64,000 nucleotides of DNA from Malacoraja senta (lineage: Eukaryota), in assembly GCA_038087875.1 (NCBI GenBank), contig CM075990.1, positions 248,001-312,000 of the forward strand, written 5' to 3'. The stretch's first letter is position 1, and each line of letters starts with the position of its first letter. Below are positions 11,561 through 23,890 of the stretch, one piece after another. The position numbers were made by a program, and so were the translations under genes. A model generated the notes under the pieces. The model saw nothing but the letters and a program-made list of their open reading frames with translations. It made no database searches and was not told the origin of the DNA.

Positions 11561-12974
11561 TACTCATTACCTCGCCTGAACCTGAACCAAGTTTTTTTGT
11601 TCAGTCTGCAAGGCAACAATAACATCTTCTTGATTTTGTGGCCACCTGTGATACCTTACAACATCTTATTCCCCACAGATAGCCTTATCCCCATGTGAAC
11701 CAAGGTAGTGCCACACAGCACAGCCGAGCCATGGGAACACGTAGGAAGGAAGTGCAGATCGTGTTTTAAATCAAATATAGACACAAAACGCTGGAGTAAC
11801 TCAGCGGTTCAGACAGCATCTCTGGTGCAAAGGAATAATTGTCATTGCGGGTTGAGACCCTTCTTCAGACCTTCTTCAGTTCTTCCGACTTCTTCAGGGA
11901 TTCTGATCTGTGCAATGGTCAGGGCTGTGTCCACAACTCACTGCAATTTCTTGTGATCTTAAGCTGCGCAGTTGTCAAATATGATGCATTTGAATAGGAT
12001 GCTTTCTATTGATGGAATTCTATTTCACATTCTCCTGACTTATCTCTGTACTGGTGATGTCACTGTTTCTTCAGAAGGTAAGTTTGGTGTATAAAATGGA
12101 TTGTTATCAGGTTGTGACCAGGAGGGTATGACGGGACGTAGTGCGCTTCAAAATCTATATCAATGTATTGGCTAGGGAGTCCAAATGTCATCTTTAAATG
12201 ACGCAACATGCTAGATTCAGTGAGAATCTATCGCAAGGCAGCAGTCCAGTAGGTGAGTTCACAGGCTCCATGAAAGGTGTAGGCCATTTATGCCTGAAAT
12301 GAGAAAAAATACCTTCATGCACAGAGTGATGAGTGTTTAGCATTTCTATCTCTACTACCTGTGAGCATTGCCTTGCATTGAGTGCTAATACTAGCCCAGA
12401 ACCTGGACAATGGAACAAAATACTTTATGTGACATGTGACAAGGCGCAGTGAAATTCTTTGCTTGCAAACCCAAGGTATGCAAATAGTCGCCACATAAAG
12501 GGCACTGACAAAGTTACAAAGTATCCGTGCCAGGTTGCCCATTGTTCTCCACCCACCCCCCCCACCCCCTACGGCAGCACCCCCATGCCTGGTCCTCCCG
12601 CACCCTCATCAACCGCAGCACCACCAACTGCGGGTCGACCCATGAGGCTCCGTCGACCCGCGAGGCTGCACCGCCACCACTGAGGCTCCACCACTGTCAC
12701 CAGGCTCCACGACCCAGATAGGATTCGCCGTCCGGCTTCTCCCCGGCCTCCCGGGATTTGCCTTCATTTGCCTTCAAGGACATTCCATGCATTCCAGTTC
12801 CTAAGTCCCTGGTGTGTGCAGCATATATGCACTTTTCCAATGCCCTTACTTGTCCTGCTAGCACCATCCAGCAGTGATATTCCCAACACACACCAATGAA
12901 GTGTCTGGAGAATTCTTTATGTTCATGGAGGCATTGAAAATTAAGCAAAGGTCGAATTATAATGGAACAATCTT

Positions 12975-14410
12975 AGAGTTATAGAGTCATACAGCTTGGA
13001 AACTTGCCCTTGCCAACTAAGATGTCCCATCTGCTCTAGTCCAACCTGCCCGCATTTGGCCAATATCCCTCTAAACCTCTCCTATCCATGCACCTATCCA
13101 AATGTTGTTTAAATGAGGTTGTAGTACCTGCCGTAAGTACCTCCTATGGCAGCTCATAATATCCACCACCCTCTGCGGAAAGGTTGCCCCTCAGGAACCT
13201 ATTAAATCTTGCCCCTCTTACCTTAAACCTCTGTTCTTGATTACCTTACACTGTACATGCAGGTAAAGTACACTCTGTGTATTCACCTTATCTATTCCCC
13301 TCTTGATCTTATACACTTCTATAGGATCACCCATCATATCCTGCAATTACAACATAACATAACATAACATTCCCACTTCTGCAATTAATACCCTGACAGA
13401 TGAAGGCCAAAATACCAAAAGCCTTCTTGACCACTGTAACTACCTATGATGCCACTTTCAATGAACCATGTATCAGCACTCCTAGGACCCTCTGCTCCAT
13501 AACACTCCTCAGGGCTCTGCTTTCCACTTTGAAGTTCTTGCCCAAGTTTGACATCCAAAATGGAACACCTCGCACTTAGGCAGTCACGGTGGCACAGCAG
13601 TAGAGTTGCTGCCTTACAGCAACTCTACAGCAACTCTGGCAGCGCCAGAGACCCGGGTTCGATCCCGACTACGGGCGCTGTCTGTATGCAGTTTGTATGT
13701 TCTCCCCGTGATCTGCGTGGGTTTTCTCCTAGAACTTTGGTTTCCTCCCACACTCCAAAGACGTACAGGTTTGTAGATTAATTGGCTTGTTTAATTCGCT
13801 TGATAAAATGTTAAATTGTCCAAGTTGGTGATATGCAGAGTACTGCCCTGCCGAATACAAAATTCAGAAGGTTCAGAAGGTATCTGCAATATTCTCCATT
13901 AACCATTCCTCGGCCCACTTGCACAACTTATCAAGATTGTACTGTAATTTTTGATAACCATCTTCGCTATCTACGAGACCACCCACGTTACTGTCATCTG
14001 CAAACTTGCTAATCATGCCTTTTACATTCTCTTCCAAATCATTAATATAAACCAGAAATCGCAATGGGCACAGCACCAAGCCCCGAGGTGTACCACTAGT
14101 CACATACTTCCAGTCCGAGAAATTACATTCCACCATCACCCTCTGTTTCCTTCCATGAAGATGACTCTCTATCTAGTCAGCTAGCTCTCCCTGGATTCCG
14201 TGATCTAACCTTCCAAATCAGCCGACCATGCAGAACATTATCAATGCCTTGCTGTAGTCCATATACACAACTCTAATGGAGTTGTGCTCCAACCTAATTA
14301 ACCTTTTTGGTTACTTCTTCAAAAAACTCAGTCAGATTTGTAATAAACTGCCTCCCACGTACAAAACCATGCTGAATATCCCTAATCACGTCGTTCAATC
14401 CAAATGCATA
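12975..14410 (-). mobile_element. Degraded CR1 fragments interrupted by a V-SINE
   Basis: ORF 13873-14139 has VTSGTPRG..ISKFADD; CR1 3' UTR near 12980. Confidence 0.7.
13579..13821 (+). mobile_element. tRNA-derived V-SINE (HE1-like)
   Basis: GGTGGCACAGCAGTAGAG...GGTTCGATCCC head with the same core as 10519, 17236 and 51209. Confidence 0.82.
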
Positions 14411-14451
14411 TGCAACATAGAACATAGAACAAAGAACATACACATCTTATC

Positions 14452-14644
14452 GAAGGTAGACCCAAAATGCTGGAGTAACTCAGCGTGGCAGGCAGCATCT
14501 CTGGAGAGACGGAATAACTGATGTTTTGGGTCGAGACCAGTCTGAAGAAGGGTCCCGACCAGAAACGTCACCCATTCCTTCTCTCTAGAGATGCTGTCTG
14601 TCCCGCTGAGTTACTCCAGCACTTTGTGTCTACCTTTGATTTAA
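14452..14644. mobile_element. Penelope-derived foldback element with a hammerhead-like core (continues at 15397-15430)
   Basis: Two inverted arms of the GCTGGAGTAACTCAGC repeat around CTGAAGAAGGGTCCCGACCAGAAACGTC (14542-14569). Confidence 0.75.
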
Positions 14645-15396
14645 TGATAATGATAACGATAACGACAAATCTTTATTCATCCCCGGAGGGAACTTGGTCT
14701 GCCGACAGTCACAACACACAAGGTACACAAAAAGTTGAAATTAAAAGTGAAAACAAAAAGAAAAAGACAAGCGACTGTTGTCTGGCTGCCATTTGCTTAG
14801 TGCCTTCCCCGGAACAAATGAACAAACAGACAAACACAGACTTATCCACTGGGCAGAGGATTCTAAAACTAGAGTGCCCCCCCTCCCCCATACCAGGTCC
14901 CCCTTTGTTCTCCCACCGTCCCCATTGTTCTTCATGACGATCCCCCCATGTTGGGTCCCCCCACATCAGGTCCCCATTGTCTTCCCCATCCCCCCTCACG
15001 CCCACTGCTGCCGAGGCCCACCCTGCCACCGCAGAGGCCCCACCCTGCCACCGCAGAGGCCCCATTGCCGCCGAGGCTCACACTGCCACCAAGGCTCACA
15101 CTGCCACCAAGGCTCACACTGCCACCACAGAGGCCCCACTGCCGGCGAGTCTCCCGTGGCCACCGAGGCACCGGCTGCCACCATCGAGTCTCCTGCTGCT
15201 GCCACCGAGGCCACTTAGGGCCCAGACAGGTCTCACCGCACGGCTTCACCATAGTCCCCTAGAAGGCTTGTGGGCAAGTCGGACCCACCGTTCCAGTCTT
15301 CGGTCGTCATTCTGGTCAGCGACGGTGCGGTTGTTTGACGGGTGGATCGTGCCCACACTCCCGCCGTGCGTTCCGGCTCCCCGGGAGTGTCCCTGG
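14645..15396 (-). mobile_element. GC-rich non-autonomous retroposon with internal 18-bp repeats
   Basis: Flanked by a GATTTAA duplication (14638-14644, 15397-15403). The minus-strand 3' end has AATAAA and a (TTATCR)n tail. Internal CACTGCCACCAAGGCTCA repeats. Confidence 0.6.
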
Positions 15397-16469
15397 GATT
15401 TAAACCAGCATCTGCAGCTCTTTCCTACATATATATATATCTTATCCCTCAGAATGTTCTCCATTAACTCATCTTCCACAGATATAAGGGTCAAGGTCTA
15501 TAGTTCCAAGGCTTTCCCATGCAGCTCTTCTTAAATAGAGGGACAACATTAGCTACCCCTTAGTCTTCCGGCACCTCACCCATGTCAAAAAATGATTCAT
15601 ATATCTCAACTAGGGGACCTGCAATTTCATCTCTAGCTTCTCACAGTGCCTTCGGATACATCTGATCAGGCTCGGGAGATTTATATACCTTCATAGGCCT
15701 TTCTTTTTTGAAGTGAGCTACTCTCATGTAAGTGGCCATATATGTGGGACAAACATGACTCAATGGGTCACCACATGACACATATGTCTTAAGAGTTCAA
15801 TTGCAGTAGATGCACATCAGGAACAGCAACTAATGTTTTCACACTGATCTGCTGTTTTATTTCTCCCTGCAGATATCCAGCATTTTTTTTCCAACCTTTA
15901 ACTTCATGCGATGTCTTCTAAATTGCTGTCTTTAAGGAAATTAGATTTGCCTTTCCTAACAATCATGATTTGTGTTATTATTGAGTAGTTTGGATTGTTA
16001 GTAATGGTTAATTTCCCAAGGTGGTTTGTTAGTGGTCAGAAATTCAGTCTGAATAAAGAGCCAGCTGAAACAGTTTCAAGCAGAATAATTAAGAACCAAT
16101 TATCTCATGTGAGGAATCGTGGTCTGCGGCAGTGTTTCTCTGACAAATTCCATCTATTGGTACTTAATTTGTTGCTATATGTTGCCTCTAGACAAATATT
16201 AATGCGTTCTTGAAAGCATCTTTTGGTGTTTTTGAAAGGCTTGTTCCAAGAGTTGATAACTTGAACTCTGGCAGTCAAAACCCATGATTGATTTTAGGTT
16301 TGATGACTGGTATTATTTTTGGATAGATTGATTGATTTTGCACTTAAATGGTACATTTCAAAATTATTTGCAGTCTATGAAGTACGTTTGAAGTCTACTC
16401 CTGTACTGAAAGAAATTCAGCAGTCAATTGCCCAGAGGTGGCTTCCACAAATAACAATAAAACGAATGA

Positions 16470-17032
16470 CGTGCAGGGAGGAACTGCAGATGCTGGTTTA
16501 TGCTGAAGAGAGACACAAAATGCTGGCGTAACTCAGCGGGCAGGTAGCATCTCTAGATAGAAGGAATGGGTGACGTTTCGGGTTGAGACCATTCTTCAGA
16601 CTGAGAATCAGGTATCAGGGAGACAAAGAGATCAGGAAGAGTAAGGTGTGAGAACAAGACATCAAAGGGTGATGGAGATCAAGGAAAAGGTAGAACAAAT
16701 CATTGTGAGCTAGGAGAAGGTGACAACGAAGCATACAGAGATAAAATTGATTCGAGGGGACAGTCATACTGGTTGGAGAACTAGCAAAGGGATGGAGAAA
16801 GAGGGAAAGCCAGGATTATTTGAAGTTAGAGAAGTCAATGTTCATACCGCTGGGGTGTAAGCTACCCAAGCAAAATATAAGGTGATGTTCCTCCAATTTG
16901 TGCTAGGCCTCACTCTGACAGTGGAGGAGGCCCAGGACAGAAAGGTCAGTCTGGGAATGAGAGGGGGGATAAAGTGTTTAGCAACCAGGAGATCAGGTAG
17001 ATTTAGGCGGACTGAGCGGATGTGTTCAGCAG
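16470..17032 (-). mobile_element. Penelope-like element 3' fragment (GIY-YIG C-terminus, 3' UTR, hammerhead motif)
   Basis: AEHIRSVRLNLPDLLVAKHF. The reverse-complement hammerhead core lies at 16572-16599. Confidence 0.8.
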
Positions 17033-17235
17033 ATGATATGTTCATTCACTTGACAGTGAAGGGCGGATACATGCTTCCCAAGACAGTGGCAGGTACTCCC
17101 CATTCTTTCTGAAGCACAACAATGGAAACCTTTACATTCTCCAGTGTTATTCATTCAGCAGTGCAATGCAGATGTTGTTGACAAGACCAATGTTTATTGT
17201 TCACATCTATCTCCCCCTCAGCAAGTTTGATGACT

Positions 17236-17540
17236 TGTTTAGTTCAGAGATACAGCACAGAAACAGGCCCATTGGCCCACTGAGTCCGCACCAACCAGCG
17301 AACCCCGCACATTAACACTATCCTATATACTCGGGACAATTTTACAGTTTACACCAAGCCAATTCACCTACAAACCTGTACATCTTTGGAGTGTGGGAGG
17401 AAACCAGAGATCTCGGAGAAAACCCATGCAGGTCATGGGGAGAACGTACAAACACTGTACAGACAGCACCCAGAGTCACATATGAACCCGGGTCTCTGTC
17501 TCTGTAAGGCGGCAACTTTACCCCTGCGCCACTGTGCCGC
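17236..17540 (-). mobile_element. tRNA-derived V-SINE (HE1-like)
   Basis: Same family as 10519-10821. Confidence 0.8.
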
Positions 17541-17687
17541 AATCTTTTTGAACTTTCATTGACCTTCTGATTGAGGTACTCCCATAAAATGATCAAGTAG
17601 ACAGTTCCAGCCTTTAGAGCCAGCGACAACGAAGATATGTTTCCTTACTGGAACAGTGTGTGAACAGTAAAAACAAGTACTATCACA

Positions 17688-18140
17688 GAAGATGGACACA
17701 AAATTCTGCAGTAACTCAGCAGGACAGACAGCATCTCTCAAGACCCTTCTTTGGACTAGTCAGGGGAAAAGGAAACAAGAGATATTGACAGTAATGTAGA
17801 GAAATATAGAACACATGAATGAAAGATATGTTAAAAAGTAATGATGATAAAGGAAACGCCATTATTAGCAGCTTGCTAGGTGAGAACGAGAACCTGGTTC
17901 GACTTGGGTGGGGAAGGGATGGAGAGAGAGGGTGTGCAGGGGTTATTTGAAGTTACAGAAATCAATATTCATACCACTGGGTTGTAAGCTGCCCAAGCAA
18001 AGTATGAGATGCTGTTCCTCCAATTTGCATTTAGCCTCACTCTGACAATGGAGGAGGCCCAGGACGGAAAGTTCAGTGTGGGAATGGGAGGGGGAATCAA
18101 AGGGTTTGGCAACCGGGAGATCAGGAAGGTCCAGGCTTGG
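17688..18140 (-). mobile_element. Penelope-like element 3' fragment
   Basis: DLPVAKPFDSPSHSHTELSVLGLLHCQSEAKCKLEEQHLILCLGSLQPSGMN, a PLE GIY-YIG C-terminus ending in P-x-G-M-N. Confidence 0.8.
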
Positions 18141-18993
18141 CAAATTACAACAGGTTATGTTGTAGGTGATATAGACAGGGAGTTGATGATATGTCGGATG
18201 GTGATTTGCTTTCTATCTTTCGATACCAATCTTCTTGACTATTGATGGGGAGACATGTGGTAAGACCAAGCAAATCTGTCCAGGACTAATTTGTGGAAAA
18301 TAACATTTGCATCACACAAGGACGGTGAATAAATGCACCTTCCCTTGATGTTCCATAATGTCACAATTGCTAAATTTCCCAACATTAACAGCTTGGGGTA
18401 ACTTTGACCATGTAGACATGAGAGAGCTTTGACTGAAAGGTAAAGGAAAATTTACCAGTCAAGAGTCAAGAGTATTTTATTGTCATATGTCTCAGTTAGA
18501 ACCATGAATTTCTTACTTGCAGGAGCACAACAGAATATGTAAAGAGTCATATTGTTTTTCCTCCAGCTCTGCTGGTTCAGCTCCTGCAACCCCCTTCCTG
18601 ATAGCACAGTGAGAATACTCTCACACAGTTCACAAGTTCACAAGTTATAGGAGCAGAATTAGGCCTTTCGGCCCTACGTGTCTATCCTGCAATTCAACCA
18701 TGATCTCTGCATCCTAATCCCATATTCCTGCCTTCTCCCCATAACCATTGACACCCGTTCTAATCAAGAATTTGTCTATCTCTGCCTGAAAAATATCCAC
18801 AGACTTGGTCTCCACATCCCTCTGTGGCAACGAGTTCCTCATATTAACTACCCTCTGACTAAAGAAGTTGACTCTCCCACCAGTGGAAACATCTCCACTC
18901 AATATGATCATTGCTGATCATCTAAAATCAGTACCCCATTCCTGCTCTTTCCCCATATCCCTTGATTACTTTAGTCCTAAGAGCTGACGCTTA

Positions 18994-19733
18994 TGGGCCT
19001 GTCCCACTTAGGCAATTTTTCAGCAGACTGCCGGCGCCTGAAAAACCAGGAACTGGAACGGCGACTGTCAGAGTGGAACACACACAAACACATCGCTTCC
19101 TTCATCAGCCCGTGTGAATTTTTTAGACAGCGCTCCCCCGCTTGCCCACACGGTGTAAAGCCAAGGTGATACAGACGCACACCGCAATGAACAGGAAGGT
19201 TGACGCTGTAAAAAGACAGCTAAACCACAGTGCACGGTAAGTCCTTTAAAAGGGGGGGGGGAGAGGGGGGGAAGGAGTGGAGACAACTTTTAAGAAACCA
19301 AAGATGCATGGCTGTGAAGCTCGGCGGACATTTAACATTACCGGTCGGTTATCCTTGGTTCTGAAAACTACTGCTTACTTTTTTCCCCAATGAGCCAATG
19401 AAATTCACCAGTCAGCACGGGCTCCAACCTATGAGAACCTCCGAGAACCTTTGACCTCCTGGGAACCAACTAGGACCTCATGGCGACCCACCTATTGCAC
19501 GAGAATTCTCGCTGCTCTCCATGGCGGCTTCATTCTAGTCACCGCTAATTTTTCAACGTGTTGAAAAATTCACGGTGACCATAATGAGGCCGCGACCAGT
19601 TCCCAGAATGCGGGAACTCCTCACGACCATGAAGGCGACTGCCCGGCAACCACCCGCGAACATGTGGCGACCATGTGGCGACTGCATAGTCTCCTGCAGT
19701 CGCCTAAAAAGTCGCCTAAGTGGGATAGGCCCA
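18994..19733. mobile_element. PIF/Harbinger-like MITE inserted in a CR1 3' fragment
   Basis: TIR TGGGCCTGTCCCACTTAGGC with TTA/TAA flanks. CR1 3' UTR resumes on both sides. Confidence 0.82.
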
Positions 19734-20302
19734 TAACTCTCTCTTGAAAACATCTAGTGAATTGGCCTCCATTGCCTTATGGGGCAGAGAATTCCACAGA
19801 TTCACAACTCCTTGGGTGAAAACATTTCTCCTCATCTCAGTCTTAAATGGCCTACCCCTTATTCTTAAACTGTGACCCTGGTTCTGGACTCCCCCAATAT
19901 GGGGAACATTTTTCCTGCATCTAGCCTGTTCAGTCCTTTATGTTTCTATAAGATACCCTCTCATCCTAAATTCCAGTCAATGCAAGCACAGTCGACCCAT
20001 TCTTTCTTACAAGAAGTTAAGTGAACAGTTTCATTTTCTGCTCGCAGCGGCGAACCTGTCCTTTTGCCGCACCTGGCAGCAGGCGGCCCCACCTTTCTCG
20101 ATGGCCCCTCCACCCCCTGTTGGATCCCCCCTTTGTTCCCGCTGCCCCCCAATGCTGGCCCCCCTCATCGTTCTCGGCGCCCCTCCCTTTATCAGGATGA
20201 TGAAGCTTCAAAGGAAAGCTCGAAGCAACTCCCACTGCTAGTTATTTGTGTAAAAGTGTATTCATCTCCTTTCGGATCAAAGCTTCTGGATTATTTCTGA
20301 TT

Positions 20303-20438
20303 CTTCTTCTTTCGTGTGGCGAGCTCAGCCTAAAGTTGTTGGACAACTTGTTCTATTTGATCTTCCGTTTGTGCACGTCGAGTTGATTGCATTAGTCGAA
20401 ACAGGGCGGACCACGTGAAGGTTGCAATCTTCCACCCC
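20303..20438 (-). mobile_element. 136-bp SINE-like retroposon headed by an HDV-like ribozyme
   Basis: Perfect 14-bp TSD GATTATTTCTGATT (20289-20302, 20439-20452). The minus-strand 3' end is ...AAAGAAGAAG. Confidence 0.88.
20385..20438 (-). ncRNA. Minimal HDV-like self-cleaving ribozyme (54 nt, predicted)
   Basis: GGGGUGG(P1) AA GAUUGCA(P2) ACC(P3) UUCACGU(L3) GGU(P3') CCGCCCU(P1') G UUUCGA C UAA UGCAAUC(P2'). Nested double pseudoknot with a G1-U wobble and a C in J4/2. Confidence 0.85.
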
Positions 20439-20889
20439 GATTATTTCTGATTGACTCTGCTGAAGAAATTTGACAAGTCATTTAAAATCACACAAAATTC
20501 CCTCCTTTGGAAGCAACTGTTTATCAGCTGGTCAGGAAAGTATCCGCGTTCTGAAGGCGGTGTAGAATTCCTTACTGGTGCAGAGACAAGCCGCTTGTTG
20601 TTGCTTTGCCATTAGTTCATGACAGCAACATGACAATTATTTCAAAATATATGCACTTTTCCCTTCCAAAATGCCCACGGGAAAATATTATTTGCTGTAT
20701 GTGCTATGCTAATAAAACAGTCACATTTTTGTCCCATTGCTTCACGTTAGGTAACTGAAATGGATGAAAGAATTCAGAGTTTGCCTTGATGGTGGGAAGG
20801 CCAGAGAGATGAAAAGCAGAGCAAATATAAAGTATCTAACCATTAAAAATGAGGAAACCCAATGAGATATAGTTCCCAATGAACATTGT

Positions 20890-21142
20890 GTCAGAAAGGA
20901 ATGAAGATGCTGGTTTAAATCGAAGGTAGACACAAAATGCTGGAGTAACTCAACGAGACTGGCAGCATCTCTGGAGAGAAGGAATGGGTGACATTTCGGG
21001 TCGAGATCATTCTTCAGACTGGTCTGGACCTGAAACGTCACCCATTCCTTCTCTCCCAGAGATGCCTCCTGTCCCACTGAGTTACTCCAGCATTTTGTGT
21101 CTATCTTCGATTTAAACCAGCATCTGCAGTTCCTTCCTACAC
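20890..21142. mobile_element. Penelope-derived foldback element
   Basis: About 110-bp inverted arms with degenerate hammerhead cores in the centre. Confidence 0.75.
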
Positions 21143-21469
21143 ATGAATTTACCATCATCCTGATAAGCAGGTGAACTCATTTGGATTGTTAATTCAGTTA
21201 TGCTGCCCAGGTGTGTGGGAGAGCTCACAGTGAGGGGTAGCAAGCATCTCTGCTGGGGACATGTCACGCTCCTTTGTGGGTAGTTCATTGTAATGAAATA
21301 TATGCAGAATTCATGGAACTGGATCTATGAATGGAGGAAGCACATGGTGAAGGGCACAAATAACTATTTATTGAAGCGAAATACAAGTAAAACACAAAAA
21401 TGACCAACTATCAATAATGTAACAATATAAAATACTCACTCTCTCTCTCGCCCCCCCCCCACCTCTTTT

Positions 21470-21985
21470 TTGAGGAAGGACATTCTTGCTATTGAGGGCG
21501 TGCAGCGTAGGTTTACAAGGTTAATTCCCGGGATGGCGGGACTCTCATATGCTGAGTGAATGGAGCAGCTGGGCTTGTACACTCTGGAGTTTAGAAGGAT
21601 GAGAGGGCATCTCATTGAAACATATAAGATTGTTAAGGGCTTGGACACGCTAGAGGCAGGAAACATGTTCCCGATGTTGGGGAGTCCTGAACCAGGGGCC
21701 ACAATTTAAGAATAAGGAGTAAGCCATTTAGAACGGAGATGAGGAAACACTTTTTCTCACAGAGAGTGGTGAGTCTGTGGAATTCTCTGCCTCAGAGGGC
21801 AGTGGAGGCAGGTTCTCTGGATGCTTTCAAGAGAGAGCTAGTGGAGTCAGGGGATATGGGGAGAAAGCAGGAACGGGGTACTGATTGTGATGATCAGCCA
21901 TGATCACATTGAATGGCGGTGCTGGCTCGAAGGGCCAAATGGCCTACTCCTGCACCTATTGTCTATTGTCTATTGTCTATTGTCT
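21470..21985 (+). mobile_element. CR1 3' fragment
   Basis: Encodes RKDILAIEGVQRRFTRLIPGM; CR1 3' UTR with a (CTATTGT)n tail. Confidence 0.85.
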
Positions 21986-22581
21986 ACTTTTAATAATTTC
22001 TATCTCTAAGAAGAACAGGTGATTATGTGTCAAACTAGCCATCCTCCTTGGTACCATAATGGCGTGAGTTATGTATCCTATCAGACACCGAGCTAGTCTC
22101 GGATGTCTATGGCAAAGCAAATCTTATCTCACTGACCTTGCAGGTGTCTTCGTGATATACTGGTCCCTATAAATTATCCCAAGCATTCATCAAAAACATC
22201 TACTTGTTTTCCTAAGTAGGGCTTGAAATGTGGTGCTGCTAATTCAGCTGATAACTCCGTATTAGATCACATAGCCTGTTTAACCCTTACATCACTTCAC
22301 ATTTTTGTCCCATTCCTTCACATTAGGTAACTTTGAAATGAATGAAAGAATTCAGAGGTTGCCGTGATGGTGGGAAGGCCGGAGAGATGAAAAGCTGAGC
22401 AAATGTAAACTTGCTAACTGTTATAAAAACCCAACTAGATATAGTTCCCAATGTATATAGTTCCCAAAGTTACCATCATCTTCATAAGCAAGTGAACTCT
22501 TCGGCAGTTGTTAATTCAGTTATGACTTCTGGAGAATAGAATAGAATAGAATGCCATTTTATTGTCACCATACACATGTAC

Positions 22582-23617
22582 TAGCAATGTTACAAAATTT
22601 TGAGATTTAAAAATTAAAGTCTGCAATTTATCCCATCAGATAAAGCGTAAAAAGAAGTTTAATTTGACACCTAATTCACTTTCATATCTTCAGTATTAAA
22701 GAAGTTATGGCCATTTTCATACTCGGAAATTAGCATCTTGTTCCCTATTGCTTTTCCATTGACTTAACACAAAAGCTGTGATCGAGGACAGTTAAAAGCC
22801 CATAACTTTCTTAAAATTAAGATAACTGAAACAAATTTTCAGTTATTATAGATTGAAGCATTCTGAAACAAATATGAAACAATCTTACTTAGAAGACATG
22901 AAAGTAAAGCATATAATTAGTTAGTTACCTAATTGTAGCTAATTACAAAATTCAATTACTAGATCTAAACATCTATCAATTTCTTAAGAATAGATTAACA
23001 TTTTTAAATAGCCTGTGTCCAAATAACATTCACACAATAATTCACAATATAACATAATTTTTAAATCTCATTTTCATGAATTTACAGGCCAAATGAAGGA
23101 ATTGAATGTTTAATACCTGTAAATTAATGGGGATTTAAATCATCTTGTGAGTGAGGATTTCTGGAACGCGATCTTTTGGAACGTTCATTTGCGGTGAATT
23201 TAACCCGTATTGGCATGAAAAATACTGCCGTTAATTCGGGGAATAAAATCACCGTGTCGCATGAAAACATGTGAATTAAAGGCTTCTTAAGAAGCACTTT
23301 TATACATTTAAAGAAACCACTTTCGTTTACCTGTCCCGTGTGTGAAATCCGTCCCCGTTATCGGCGTTGATGCTTCAGGAGCTGATTTTAAAATTACTGT
23401 AGCGCTGACATTGACGATTTAATAAAAATAAAAAATACACAAATCGCCACTAGGAACGATTTTTCAGCCAACGCTTGTACTCCAACAAAATATTAACCAG
23501 GACAAGGGAGGAGAAACCCGCGTTTTAACCCCGCCCCCCCTTAAAGGCGCCAAAATCGCGCACACGGCCAGTGGCAGAATTACAGCGCGACTGAAGGTAA
23601 GTTTTGTAACATACCTA
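22582..23617. mobile_element. Non-autonomous DNA transposon with TAG..CTA ends and a 7-bp TSD (hAT-like, possibly hATw group)
   Basis: TIRs TAGCAATGTTACAAAA / TTTTGTAACATACCTA; TSD CATGTAC at 22575-22581 and 23618-23624. Homologous to 53061-55481. Confidence 0.75.
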
Positions 23618-23890
23618 CATGTACAATGAGATTAAAAGCAGCTCGTACTCAATGCAGACATGTAATTAGTTCAAAAAACAAAGAAACAAAACAAAACAAA
23701 AGGGGGGGGGGGCGATAAGGTGCACAGTTCTGCGGCGCTATATACATATCTATAAAAAGGCAATGGGTGAATAGAGTGAATAAATAGGATTCCTATATAC
23801 AGTATGGGTTATTGCACATATGAAAAATTACAGTTACAGTACAAATTACAGTAGGTGGATAGATGGAAGTCCGGGGGTTAAGCTGTGAAG

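Noticed and set aside
12020..12085. Isolated splice-like signals here and at about 15870 and 30060 as host exons
   Set aside because: No paired sites bounding a recognisable coding frame.
13579..13670. tRNA gene
   Set aside because: A/B boxes are present but there is no full cloverleaf, and the sequence continues into a SINE body repeated several times in the window.
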